Source: Paraspadella gotoi
Taxonomy: Eukaryota; Animalia; Chaetognatha
Reading direction: 5' to 3'
NCBI GenBank assembly: GCA_051294375.1
Contig: CM119270.1
Span: forward strand, 6,315,912 to 6,379,911
DNA length: 64,000 nt
The notes beneath the pieces were generated by a model. The model did no database searches, was not told the origin of the DNA, and worked only from the letters and a program-made list of their open reading frames with translations. Positions 47,566-61,033 of the stretch are shown one piece after another. The first letter of the stretch is position 1. Every line of letters starts with the position of its first letter. A program made the position numbers and the translations under genes.

Positions 47566-49013
47566 GAGAGAATACAAATGGAAACTGAAATCCTTTTGCC
47601 CATTGACTTAACCCTATTTCTCCAGTGATGCTTTCCCTGTCCTCCTCTTCCTCCTCCTCTCCATCCTTTCCAATTCTCTCGTCCACTTCCTTCGTCGCCT
47701 CCTCCAAAGCCTCTGCTTGATTCTCGAAGATAAGAAGCGTCTCGTCGACGGCGTCAGTGGCCTCCTCCTCCTCCTCTTCCAAAGCCTCTCGCGGAACGAC
47801 GATCAACTTGAGCTTAGCCTCCGTACAAAATCGGAGGAGATGAGATCGTTGGGATTTGGGAGAAGATGAAGAGGATTCGTTAGAGGAAGAAGTGGAGATG
47901 CTGCTGGTAGAGCCGCTGGAGATGCTGGAGTTAATGGCGAATGAAAGGGATGCTGTGATTTCGCGTGGACGGATGGTGAAAAAGGAGGGCAAAGAGTGAA
48001 GTATGGTGGAGTGAAAAGGAGAGGAAGTTGACGAGAACTGTAGTCGAGCAATGTCTAACTTCACCCCACACCTTCAGTCCTGACCTGGTGGCTCATTGAC
48101 TAAAAGCCATCAGCTCATGACCACTAGATACCGGGTTCAATCCCAACCCGGTACCTACCCTGGGAAGCGTGAGGATGGCCGAAAACAGCCTTGGCGGCGT
48201 TGGAAACTCCTCAAGCCTGCTTCCAAGCCCAGGACCCGTTCCATTGCTGCTAAGGGGGCAGCAGAACATACAGATAGTCGTCTTGAACCCCACTTAGCGC
48301 CTTATCCACAAACTTTTAGATTTCGATGAATGAAATTCAGGTTTTTAATGCTTTGAAAGGGAGTTATGGCCTCTGGAGTCACTTCCGTGGACGCTGTCGA
48401 CATTGTAGTTCCATTTAACGCAGCTGGCGCCGCGGACGCCGCCGCGCGACGCGGCGACGCCTGCTGCTGACGTTATCGCTGGATTCGGCCTCCGCGGAAT
48501 TTTATTGTAATACGAACTAAGGGAGAAAAAAATTTAGTCGAATACTATTATTTGATTATTCAAGTTGTTAATTTTAAAGTTGTTGCAATGTGCAGAGCCT
48601 TTTGGCTCAACTTTTGAGAATTATTCAAACTCTGAAATATTTCAAAATAATTCAATTATTGACTTCAATTTGTCACAATTCCTGAACCAACAGAACCTTT
48701 ACCTCGCCCACTGCAAACTCCAACCAACTAATCTCCGACCACCAATACCGCCTCACCCTCCCCAGTCCCCAACTTTTACCCAACCTTTCCCCAAATTCCG
48801 AACCCGCCCCGACCCACCTCACCGCGGATGTGTCTCCAGCGCCGCTTCGGCCCCGGCTCCGTCTTCCCGGCGTCGCTGTAGAAATAAACGACGCAAGAGT
48901 AAAAGACGCCGACCGAAGAAGAAGAAGGAACGCCAACTTCCGGTTGACGCCCTGCCAGGTCTGTCGCGTCAGATGGAAAGTGGGCGTGGCCGAAGACAAT
49001 GACGGTGGATCAT
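44362..49013 (-). CDS. FKTN: Fukutin/LicD-family nucleotidyltransferase-fold protein, copy 1 (multi-exon, frameshifted as assembled). Family-level call, orthology to FKTN not established
   Basis: The consensus of both copies gives: an N-terminal hydrophobic anchor (RKLAFLLLL..ASFTLASFIST); WLWSGSLLGWWRECAII.HT.DADTAL (LicD GxxLGxxR...DxD motif, exon 46288-45963); LRLHRKYGHASDSLEFTL...RIDVFFLYED...YLWNG (exon 45603-45411); and CSADLLGYRVYVPCDPASLIKAEYGANEWKAPKENWHWITSPFNV (exon from 44642). All are collinear with the recalled fukutin C-terminal domain. The stop position is uncertain. Confidence 0.8.
45010..45056 (-). pseudogene. 3' half of tRNA-Leu (variable arm, T arm, acceptor strand) with encoded CCA; retro-inserted fragment
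   Basis: The reverse complement is ccagtctctttggaggcgtgggttcgaa(a)tcccaccgctgc(c)cacca, near-identical to the 3' half of animal tRNA-Leu(AAG/TAG). No 5' half is present. Flanked by gaaatccatgag direct repeats (44985-44996, 45070-45081). Confidence 0.8.
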
Positions 49014-49520
49014 TGAAAAATATAAAAAACGACGGGGACGAAATTTAAGTTAAGAAAAGCTAGTTATGGAAAGTAAGAATAAACAATTCAAATATTTACT
49101 CGGCGTTAGTATTTGCGTTGTTGACCGTTAGCTGATGAACTGACCATTTTTAGTTTATTGGAAAAGGTTGACAAAAAAGCGACCAAAATTGCGTCAATAA
49201 AGTAGTTTTGGAAAACTATTTGAGGTTTTTTTTCGTTTTTCTTTTTTTGTGGGTTTTTTTTTTTTCTGATCAAATTCAAAGATTGGGTTTGAATCGTGTT
49301 GACTTTAAAATAGCAAAATATTAAAAAAAATTAAATTATCTTTTTTTTATTAACAACTGACAATTGACAACTTGCAATATAGTGGAACTTGATTAAAATA
49401 TTATACAATTTGAAAAGCACAATCATTCAGAATAAAACTTTCAGCTCAACACAGTCAACAAGTTCTGGCGAAGCCAACCCGAATTTTTCACGACGATAAG
49501 ATAAGCGTACCTAACTCTTT

Positions 49521-49598
<78 letters not shown>

Positions 49599-50252
49599 TC
49601 TCTCTCTTCTCTCTCTCTGGAGGGACGACCTAATAATCATAAAATAAGCGAGGTGGTATTTTGTCTACTTTCAGTCTGTTATGTTTGTCCTTCCTTTGTC
49701 ACAGACGTTTTGAGACTTCAGGAAGAAATTTAAATCAGGATCGATTTAGATTCAAATGGGAGTGAAATGAAAGAGTTGTTAATAAATCTTACGTGTTGAC
49801 TGTGATTAATATTTCTTCATTTTTTGAGTTGGAAAAGTCCTGACGTTTATTTCCTATAAAGCGATTGATAATACTTTACATCATAGCAACTGGTGCTTAA
49901 CTAAAAAACTATAAAATATGAAAAGGCTGTCATTGTTGGTTGTGAAAAAGCTTTTGACATTACTTTGCTCAGACACATACTCCAATGTCTATATCTGTAA
50001 GAAAACGAAATTTTTCAAACATTCATTTTTTTTCAAAAAAAGTATTTTTTAACAGGAAGGGTCCATATTCTTTTTTTTTTATAAATATTCGACCATGCCA
50101 TTGATGACCATAACTAAGAAAGGGAGTTGTGAAAAATCTGAATTTGCTATAAGACAAATGATTTGCNNNNNNNNNNNNNNNNNNNNNNNNNGCTGTTTCA
50201 CTCTCCTCTCACTCTCTCTCTCTCTCTCTCATCTCTCATCTCTCTCTCTCTC

Positions 50253-50307
<55 letters not shown>

Positions 50308-50476
50308 CAGCTGATTTTTCTTCGCCCCCCTTGTCCCAGTTTTTCGTTTTTGTTTTCGTTTGTTTCTTTATTTGTTTTTATTTGTTTTTATTTGTGTACG
50401 CGTCTCTCGTGTGGTGGAGACGGTGGCCGACTGAACATCGCCGCATAAATAGAGAGAGAGAGAGAGAGAGAGAAGA

Positions 50477-50509
<33 letters not shown>

Positions 50510-51024
50510 TTAAAAACCGGATATTACGTCACGTTTAAGCGCAAGAAATATTTTCGGGGAGATAAGAATTTCGATTTTTTTTTTACTTTGAGGGACGACA
50601 CTTATTTAAATATTGTTTAAATCTATTGAGCTTATTATCAATATATTACGAATTTTATTGGTGACAAAGTAAGAAAGCAAGTTAGATGAATGAATGAATG
50701 AAAGAAAGAAAGAAAGAAAGTAAGTAAAGTTCGTCGCTTCTTTTCTCCGTTTAAAATTTTGAATTGAAAAGTAAATTTCATCTCTCAAGTTGGGACGAGG
50801 TTCGTGTGAACTCCAAAACATCAAATCACGTGATCAAAATCGTCATGAAAAGGAGTTTGACAATTGAAAACCTTCTTCCTTTAATAATCTTATGTTTGCC
50901 ACTATTTTAAGAATAACTGGCGGATATGAGCCTGTCTACATGGAAATTTGAAAGCTCAAACGATGTCAATAAGAATAAGAAACAATAATTTTGTTGTTCT
51001 TGTAATTTTCGCACACAATTTTCT

Positions 51025-54000
51025 CTACAATATTCTCTTCCTCATTACATTAATTTCCTTTTTTTCTCGGCTCAACGTCCGAAGCATCGACCTCCCGCTC
51101 CTCCTCTTCCTCTTCCTCCTATCGAACTTCTCATACACAGCACCTCCTTCCCATTCTTCAGCCTTCCACTTTCCCTCCACCACGACGTTGAAGGGGCTCG
51201 TGATCCAGTGCCAATTCTCCTTCGGCGCCTTCCACTCATTGGCGCCGTACTCCGCTTTGATTAGCGACGCGGGATCGCAAGGGACGTAGACTCTGTAGCC
51301 GAGGAGATCGGCGCTGCAGACGCGGGTGAAGAAGGGATAGAGACTGTGACCCTGAAGGGGAGGTTGAATGGGAGTGAGGAAGAGTGGGTGAGAGAAGGAA
51401 ACAATAGAAGCGACATTCACGGTGTGGTAAGTCCATGTGACAACTCAAAATACCAAAAGCAAATCGGATCGGAGACTCGGGCGATCTCCGCGGAAATGGA
51501 ATCGCCGAATCCTGATTGGTCAAGCATGGAACCGGAATCATTGAAATTGTAAAATCTACCCACGTCGCCGATCCTCTCTCTTAGATATAAATAGACCGAG
51601 CTTGTTTTAGTTTCAGTAGAATTGATCAAGACTCCTGCGTGTGTCTCGCCGTCACCTTTATTCTCAGAAATATAACCTCGGTTGATTTCATGAAATCCAT
51701 GAGTAATTTCTTAAATGTGGTGGCAGCGGTGGGATTCGAACCCACGCCTCCAAAGAGACTGGTTCATTTCACCCTCGAAATCCATGAGATGATAGAAACA
51801 TATGAACATTAAAAATTCTCAAGGTAAATCATCATTTCTTTCAAACATTAACTACTTAAAAAGTCAGACAAACAGACATATTGACCGAGTCACCAATAGA
51901 CAGTATTTTTTAATGATTCACAGATGAGATTAAACGTTTTTTGTTTTTTTTTACTTGGGACAACAATCGCAAAAATGAAGACAACGATTCTTTCGAAATA
52001 AAAAAAAAGGTTTTTCGTATAAAATCGATAAAAGTCGCTAATAAAAACGGTCGTTGTCGTCGTAGTTGTCGTCGTTGTCGTCGTAGTTGTCGTCGTTGTT
52101 GTCATAGCCGAATTACCTTCTTATAATTAATAAACGTCTGTACCCCGTTCCACAGATACTTGACTCCTACGCCAGAGGGCACGGCGTCGTTGGGCGGAGG
52201 ATTTTCGTCTTCGTAGAGAAAAAAGACGTCGATTCTTTGAGCGTCGCCGCCGATGAGAGTGAATTCGAGGCTGTCGAGGGCGTGGCCATATTTGCGATGG
52301 AGACGAAGGACTGGAGGTGGGGAGGGAGTTTGGGGGGGGGGAAAGGGGGGGGAAGGAGAGAAGGATTAAATGGAAGGAGGGGGAAATTATTAAAGGAAAA
52401 TTAATGGGGGAAAAGATATGAGAATATCACGACGTGTTATGAAAAAAAAAAATAAGAAAGATGTGAGAAAGAATAATTTATAGGGAAAAGATAGAAAGAC
52501 AAGGAAGAAAGAACCATCGGGAATCAAAGAAAGGAGTACAAAGGATAAAAAAAAAACAACTAAGTTTACAAAGAAATAGAGAGAACTTTCATTGGGAAGA
52601 AGGAAGAAAAAAAAAAGAAAAAAAAGGAAATATTCCAGAGTTTCTCCTTACCCTGTCACTCACCTTTATCCTTGTTCACGAAATAATCCTTCATCCATTC
52701 CCTATACCCTCCAGCGAACAACGCGCGTGTCGGCGTCGTGTGTGTGGCGATGATGCACACTCGCGCCACCACCCCAGAAGGGATCCGGACCACAGCCAGT
52801 TGAAGAGGCCCCACGAAGCGAACACCTTTCTGAAAAGCGTCAATAGTTTTCTCTTTTTTTATTTATGTTCCAAGCTTTTTCAAATTCATTTCCAACTACT
52901 GTATTCCCTCGCCTGATGTGGACGAGGCTTTTCATAAATGTTTTGCTCGAATATTCGCTTTTTTCTTCGTTTCCGTAATTTTTGTGAAACTCTCTGTAGA
53001 ACAAAGAAATTATGTAGTATATCAAAGTACGAAAAAGTGAAAAATCATGATGAGTTGATGACCCATAAATTCCCATAATAATGAGACCTGACGTTGTCGA
53101 AATTGCATTCCAAAAACCTAGCAGCTTGGTTCTCCCATAGAAAGTTAGTTTGGTTTTTAGGCACCCAAAACTGGCTTCTCTCTAAGAAAGATAAAAAAAA
53201 AAAAGTTTGAAAACTTTTAAGAATATTAAATAATCGAATAATAAAAAGGTTTTTAAGTAATTTTCTTTTCTTCCAAAAAAAAAAAAAACCGGACCTTCTC
53301 TGACGGTTTGGAATTTGGAAAAAGCCTTCGCGACGCGTTTCCCGCCAAAAGACGGAATCCACAAATAACCGTCGTCGACGTCGTCTCTTTTCCCTCTGTC
53401 GAACGCGATGGAAACGAAGAGGAAAGATCCGTCGGAGAATCTGACAAAAGGCAATCGAGAACAACTTGTAATAGAAGTTCTATTGCAGTTGCTGATGTTG
53501 CGTTTTTAACAAAAAAATGTATATGAAACGTGTACAATGTAGAGATTGAATATTGAGACTAAACAGAGGGAGGGCGGCTTTTAACAAGTAGAAGAGAGAG
53601 TGTGAAAGAGAAAGAGACAGGCAGTTACCGGCTTGTCTTCCGATCGCTTAACTCAATGACCACCGGGCATTGACCCCGTTTCCTTGGAAACCCTCGTAAC
53701 CACAATATATAGATAATTCGATATGTATTTTAGGTTTATAGATGTATTATGGCAACAGCCGGGTTGCCTGTGATGCCCAATGGGATGGGGCATCTCACTG
53801 TTGGCTTTGGGGGCTTCCGACCCTCAGTGACGCCTCCAGTCACTGACGCGGTTACCCGAGGACGTTCTCGCTTTGCCAACGCAGAGGGAAGTCGTTAGGA
53901 CTGTGGATGGAACACTATGCCTGGGATGGTGTGTTCCCCCTCTGGGTCAATGGAATTGGCTGTAGGATGATGGACGTGAGGCGGTGTGAATATACCGCCA

Positions 54001-54255
54001 CAGTATCATTAAAAATTACAAACTTTTAAACTCAACTTTGTATAAACTATAAACTAATGAAGCCTAACGTGGTTCCCTCAATCACGTCAAGTACTCACCC
54101 AAATCGGAGCCCGTACAACAGGTTAGCTTTGTTCGGCAAGAATCCTTCATTGTTCGCCGTTCTGAAGTCGGGACCCGCGATTCTTTCCACCTTCCAACCA
54201 GAGACGATTGTATTGTTTGTTCTGTGAAATGAATAACGGGATTATTTTAATAAGG

Positions 54256-54287
<32 letters not shown>

Positions 54288-55742
54288 GAGAGAATACAAA
54301 TGGAAACATGAAATCCTTTTGCCCATTGACTTACCCTATTTCTCCAGTGATGCTTTTCCCTGTCCTCCTCTTCCTCCTCCTCTCCATCCTTTCCAATTCT
54401 CTCGTCCACTTCCTCGTCGCCTCCTCCAAAGCCTCTGCTTGATTCTCGAAGATAAGAAGCGTCTCGTCGACGGCGTCAGTGGCCTCCTCCTCCTCCTCTT
54501 CCAAAGCCTCTCGCGGAACGACGATCAACTTGAGCTTAGCCTCCGTACAAAATCGGAGGAGATGAGATCGTTGGGATTTGGGAGAAGATGAAGAGGATTC
54601 GTTGGAGGAAGAAGTGGAGATGCTGCTGGTAGAGCCGCTGGAGATGCTGGAGTTAATGGCGAATGAAAGGGATGGTGATTTCGCGTGGACGGATGGTGAA
54701 AAAGGAGGGCAAGAGTGAAGTATGGTGGAGTGAAAAGGAGAGGAAGTTGACGAGAACTTGTAGTCGAGCAATGTCTAACTTCACCCCACACCTTCAGTCC
54801 TGACCTGGTGGCTCATTGACTAAAAGCCATCAGCTCATGACCACTAGATACCGGGTTCAATCCCAACCCGGTACCTACCCTGCGGGAAGCGTGAGGATGG
54901 CCGAAAACCGCCTTGGCGGCGTGGAAACTCCTCAAGCCTGCTTCCATGCCCAGGACCCGTTCCATTGCTGCTAAGGGGGCACAGAACATACAGATAGTCG
55001 TCTTGAACCCCACTTAGCGCCTTATCCACAAACTTTTTAGATTTCGATGAATGAAATTCAGAGTTTAATGCATTTGAAAGGGGAGTTATGGCCTCTGGAG
55101 TCACTTCCGTGGACGCTGTCGACATTGTAGTTCCATTTAACGCAGCTGGCGCCGCGGACGCCGCCGGCGACGTCGGCGACGCTGCTGCTGACGTTATCGC
55201 TGGATTCGGCCTCGCGGGAATTTTATTGTAATACGAACTAAGGTAAAAAAAATTTAGTCGAATACTATTAATTTCATTATTCAAGTTGTTAATTATAAAG
55301 TTGTTGCAATGTGCAGAGCCTTTTGGCTCAACTTTGGACTTCTCTTTGAAATGAATTTCAAACTCTGAAATATTTCAAATAATTCAAATATTGACTTCAA
55401 TTTGTCAAATTCGGCTGAACCAACAGAACCTTTACCTCGCCCACTGCAACTCCAACCACTAATCTCCGACCACCAATACCGCCTCACCCTCCCCAGTCCC
55501 CACTTTTACCCAACCTTTCCCCAAATTCCGAACCCGCCCCGACCCCACCTCACCGCGGATGTGTCTCCAGCGCCGCTTCGCCCGGCTCCGTCATTCCGGC
55601 GTCGCTGTAGAAATAAACGACGCAAGAGTAAAAGACGCCGACGAAGAAGAGAAGGAACGCCAACTTCCGGTTGACGCCCTGCCACGGTCTGTCGCGTCAG
55701 ATGGAAAGTGGGCGTGGCCGAAGACAATTGACGGTGGATCAT
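51025..55742 (-). CDS. FKTN: Fukutin/LicD-family protein, copy 2 (duplicate of 44362-49013 with different indels)
   Basis: Same exons as copy 1. ORF 51025-51420 carries the intact VPCDPASLIKAEYG...WHWITSPFNV C-terminus, and the LicD motif lies at about 52720-52800. Confidence 0.78.
51718..51762 (-). pseudogene. 3' half of tRNA-Leu with CCA (second copy, inside the duplication)
   Basis: The reverse complement is ccagtctctttggaggcgtgggttcgaatcccaccgctgcca-cca. Direct repeats gaaatccatgag at 51692-51703 and 51777-51788. Confidence 0.82.
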
Positions 55743-56273
55743 TGAAAAATATAAAAAACGACGGGGGACGAAATTTAAGTTAAGAAAAGCTAGTTATGGA
55801 AAGTAAAGAATAAACAATTCAATATTTACTCGGCGGTATATTTGCGTTGTTGACCGTTAGCTGATGAACTGACCATTTTAGTTTATTGGAAAAGTTGACA
55901 AAAAATCGACCAAAATTGCGTCAATAAAGTAGTTTTGGAAAACTATTTGAGGTTTTTTTTTTTCGTTTTTCTTTTTTGTGGGTTTTTTTTCTGATCAAAT
56001 TCAAAGATTGGGTTTGATCGTGTTGACTTATAAAATAAGCAAAATATTAAAAAAAAATTAAATATCTTTTTTTTATTAACAACTGACAATTGACAACTGC
56101 AATATAGTGGAACTTGATTAAAATATTATCAATGAAAAGCACGAATCATTCATGAATAAAACTTTCAGCTCAACACAGTCAACAAGTTCTGGCGAAGCCA
56201 CCCGAATTTTTCACGACGATAAGATAAGCGTACCTAACTTCTTTTTTTTCTCTCTCTCTCTCTCTCTTTCTCT

Positions 56274-56315
<42 letters not shown>

Positions 56316-59140
56316 TTCTCTCTCTCTTCTCTCTTCTCTCTGGAGGGACGACCTATAATCATAAAATAAGCGAGGTGGTATTTGTCTACTTTCAGTCTGT
56401 TATGTTTGTCCTTCCTTTTGTCACAGACGTTTTGAGACTTCAGGAAGAAATTTTAAATCAGGATCGATTAGATTTCAAATGGGAGTGAAATGAAAAGAGT
56501 TGTTATAAATCTTAACGTTGGTTGACTGTGATTAATATTTATTCATTTTTTGAGTGGGAAAAGTCCCTGACGTTTATTTTCCTATAAAGCGAATTGATAA
56601 TACTTTACATCATAGCAACTGGTGCTTAACTAGAAAAACTATAAAATGAAAAAGGCTGTTCATTGTGTTGTGAAAAAGCTTTTGACATACTTGCTCAGAC
56701 ACATACTCCAATGTCTATATCTGTAAGAAGAACCGAAATTTTCCAAACATTCATTTTTTTCAAAAAATATATTTTTTAACAGGAAGGTCTATTCTTTTTT
56801 TTTAAATTTCGACCATGCCATTGATGAGCCATACTAAGAAAGGGAGTTGTGAAAACTGAATTTGGCTATAACAAATGATTTAAGCCACAGTGTTTGATAC
56901 CTTTCTTTTCACATTCATTTAAAATCGGTTAAGGTTCAAAGCGGATAGAGGAGAAAAGATGGACGGGCTCTGTTTGTGTCTAGGCGCGAAGCTCCCATTG
57001 TCTTGTCAATGAGCTTCGATAAGAAGCTTCTTATTGTTTTCATAACGAAATTTAAATATTTATAATTTATTTTTTAAAAAAATGTTATTGTATTTTTCCT
57101 TTGCTGTTTCGTTGTGATTTGATTTAGAACAAAGTTTAAGAGAATTTAACAACATTTTTATTTCAGTATGAAACGTTTTCACTAATGAAATAAAAATGTG
57201 TTAAATCATCTCTTCAACACTTTTTGTTTTAAAAAAAATGTTAAAACTTCAAAGAGTTTGTTCGGGTTTCGGCCCCGTTTCCAGGAGGTTCGACGGCGAT
57301 TCGATGTTTATTGTAAAAGTCGATACGAAAAGGAAACGAAAAGATGGAAAAGAGGGTCGCTGTCCAGTTGATTTTCGATGGCGCGTCGCAAAGTTGGTGA
57401 ATTTTTAAGCTTTTTTTAAATTCATACTTCACTTTATTTGTTAATCAAATAGTTAATTGACAGTTGTGTAGTTTATGAATATCTCCTCCGTAGCCTTCGT
57501 AGCTTTCCAAATTCTGTATTCATCCGCTGAAAACCGTAATTAAACATTGACGTTAAAGGGACAAACTGAAAGCGATACGAAGTAAATAGTTGAAAGTTAT
57601 TCGGTACGAAGTAAACAAAAAAAAATCGGTTTTTCTCCACTTTATTTTTTTCCTAAAGTTAAAATCGATTATGAAAATCTGACGATGAAAGAGAGAAAAA
57701 GAGATAAGGAAAAGTGGGAGGAGAGGATGGGTAAGCGTCGTTGGGAGGTAAGTTCCCTTTTCAAAACCTTCTTTCCATCTTTCTCACCACCTTACTTTTT
57801 AAACCTCTTTCAGTTCCCCCAGCTCCCCCCAATTTTTTTTCCGGTCTGCCCCTCAACGAAAATTCTCTTAATTNNNNNNNNNNTTCGCCCAATCGTCGCC
57901 TTTCCTCAATTTTCGTCTGTCTGTGGGGGAAGTAGGGAGAGGGGGGTGTCGGAGTGGAGCTGAGGGTGGGAAAGAGTCGAAAGAGTAAAGGGCGGAGAGG
58001 AAGGATTGTTGGACCGCTAATGAGTCTGGGGTTTTTAATTAGTCATATCTATGCATGGGCGTCTCTCTCTCTCTTGCTCTTCCTATATTTCGTTTTTTAG
58101 GTCCCATCAGTGCCAAAATTCCATCCCTATCTTTTAAGACCCTAGTTATTTACCTTTTTTCAAATTGTTCGCGCGTTCTCTCTTCTATTCTCTCTCTCTC
58201 CTGCTCTCCTGCTCTCCTGCTCTGTATCCTTGAAGAGACAATTTATGAAATGAATTAATTAATTTTTTAAATTGCGTATTTGTTTAGTCTGTAACTAACA
58301 TCAAAGGAGATTACGACTTAAAATCCTGTTTTTTACCTGAGCAACAATGTCCGAATTTCCTGGTCCGCTAATCCGACGAAGACAAAAAAGGCGAAATCCA
58401 CAGGGAAAAAAAATTCAGAACGAAAGGATTCTTTGTCCGTCGGCCAAACCAAAATGGCGAAAGAAAGAAAGAAAAGAAAGACAAAAAGAAAAGAAAGAAC
58501 AGAAAAAAAGAAGAGAAAGAAAAAAAAAAAAAAAAAAAAATAAGATATAAAGAAAGAAAAAAGAAAGAAAGAAAGAAAGAAAGAGATCAAGAAATGAAAG
58601 CAAAGACAAGACAAGAAAGAAAAAAGAAGACAAAAAAAAATAAAAAAAAATGAAGAGAGAAAGAAAGAAAGAAAAGAAAGAAAAAAAGAAAGGATAAAGA
58701 CGAAAGAAAGAAGAAAGAAAGAGAGANNNNNNNNNNNNNNNNNNNNNNNNNTCTCCATCATTTTCGTCACTAGACATATAAGTTCTATTTTGTTCATCTC
58801 TTTCTCTGTTTTGTTTTGCCTTCAGGAGGAAAATGAATAAAAAAAACTAAAAAAAGAAAATAAAGGAAAAAAAACCCAAAGAGGGTCAACCTGCCAGAAA
58901 TGATTTGGAGGAAGAAATGAAATGAAAAAAATATAACGAAAGCAAATGAGAAAGAAGATGGAGGAAATGGAGAGAAAGAAAAGGGAATGTGGAGGCCGAG
59001 GAAAAAAGGGAGGAAAAGAAAGGAAAAGAAAGATGATGAAGATGACGAGGAGGAAAAGGAGAAGGCGAGTTAGAGGAAAGTGGATAAATAGAATATGAAG
59101 GAAGGACGAATTCGTGAAGAGATGAAAGAAGAACGAATGA

Positions 59141-59247
59141 AGAAGGGAGGAATAAAGAAAAGAAAGATAATGGGGTGGGAGGTAGAAACAAAGAAAGGAG
59201 GAATAAAGAAAAGAAAGATAATGGGGTGGGAGGTAGAAACAAAGAAA
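59141..59247. repeat. Tandem duplication of about 51 bp
   Basis: ggaggaataaagaaaagaaagataatggggtgggaggtagaaacaaagaaa occurs twice. Confidence 0.85.
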
Positions 59248-59629
59248 AGTAGCGCAGGGTCAGAAAAAAAAGAGAGGGAAATAACAAGGAGAAGAGGAGG
59301 AAAACGAATCAAAGAAACAGGAGGAGGAGGAGGAGGAGGAAGAGGAGGTGAACGTTTCTTGTTCAATAAGCGGACCTAATGGACAGAGAAATGAGTTTTG
59401 GCAGAAACCGGGAAAAATATAGAAAATAAATCATCGAGGGCGATTCGGTCTGTAGGATCTTTGTGATAGGATCGTGAATGAATTCATTGATCTTTGTGAA
59501 GATTTGAAAAAAAGGATTGTTCGAAATCTTTGTGATAGCGTTTGAGAGAATTTTTAAAGTTTTATACTATAATCAAATATTCAATTATTAATAAAAATAA
59601 ATATAAATATTCAAAAATATATTGAGAGA

Positions 59630-59675
<46 letters not shown>

Positions 59676-60344
59676 AGGAGAAAGAAGAGAGAGAGAGAGA
59701 GAGAGAGGAGAGAAAGAGAGAAGGCTCTAATCTAGACCGGTCCGCAATATGTACAAGGCACGGCGTCCTGTTCTCGGTTCTGTTATGACCTCCAAAGATT
59801 GATGACCTTTCCCTTTACTTTCTTCACAATGGAGGAAAAGAGGAGGAAAGTTTTGGGTGGATGGTGGCGGGTGTTGGGGGTAAAGTTAGGGGTCGAATGG
59901 GGAACGAAAAGGGGGGAAAAAGGGGGAAGAAAATGGACCTAAGGGGAGTGGGAGAAAATGGTGGAAATCGGGCGAAAGGGGTTGGGGGGCGAAGGGCCCT
60001 GAGGGGTCGAATATCGAGATAAACGACCGAAGCTAAACATTTTAAAATAGACGTTAAAAGGGAATAAAGAAACGTTGAAAGTTTAAGGTTGCATCGTGTT
60101 CAATTTTATTTGAATCTAAATCGATAAATAATCGATAAATTAAATTAATTAACATTGAGAAAAGGGAAACTGGCGGAGTCTGTTAATGGCGCCGATTCGT
60201 GAGTAAAGAAAAACATGAAATTTTTGTACTGACGTTGCCTTCGCGGCCTTATTTTCCCAGAACGACTTATTTCATCTCAAACTTTGAATGATATTTATTA
60301 TTTAGGTTTAAAGATTAATGGTTAAAGGTTTGAGAATTAGGTTA

Positions 60345-60470
60345 ATTATCAGGGTTAGGGATTAGGGTCAGTGATTAGGGTTTAGGGTTAAGGGTTTGGG
60401 TTAAGGATTAGGTCAGTGTTAGGGACTAGGGTTGAGAATTAGGCTTAAGGATTGGGATATGGGTTTAGTA
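60345..60470 (+). repeat. Degenerate (TTAGGG)-like repeat tract
   Basis: gggttagggattagggtcagtgattagggtttagggttaagggtttgggttaagg... Confidence 0.6.
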
Positions 60471-61033
60471 TTAAATTAATATTAAATATTAAGCTCAAAT
60501 TTGGTTGATTAAGAAACAAAAATGGGTCGCTTTTGTAAAAGAGAGCCGCATCCGCTTGACCTCCCACCGACTTTCGTCTCTCTTCGTCGCGCGCTTTCAA
60601 TCTCCGACGAAGTCTCGATGAGCAATTCTTACCGAACCCTAAGGGAACGGCTCACAATGGACTCCTTGTATTTAATAACTGCCCTCTCCTTTTCATTGGT
60701 TCCCTCAGTACCACCGCTGTTTTCTTCATTTCATATTGCCGTCCCGCTACGAGCGGGATATTCCGCGAAATTAATTGGCGGAAAAACAAAAGATCGGAAA
60801 ATTGCGAAGACGAAGATTTGAATATCAGTAACTCGCGTCTTGAGTTCATGTGCGGAGGTAAAGGAGGGTAAGAGAAAGGGGGGATAGATAAGGGAGGGAG
60901 AGAAAGGGGAATTGGCGGAAAATGATAAGAATGGGGAACTGAAAAAAAGTGGAAGAAATTAGAGATTTACTTCTAAGGTATTGGGATATTAAAAGAAAGA
61001 GAGCAGAAGCGTGGGTTAAGTAAAGGGATAGAA

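Larger units (their letters stand above)
43413..56881. repeat. Direct tandem duplication of about 6.7 kb (43413-50165 and 50192-56881) joined by a 25-N gap. Probable assembly artefact or uncollapsed haplotypes
   Basis: Both copies begin gctgtttcactct and end acaaatgattt and are collinear throughout. Differences are mostly 1-2 nt indels. Confidence 0.93.
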
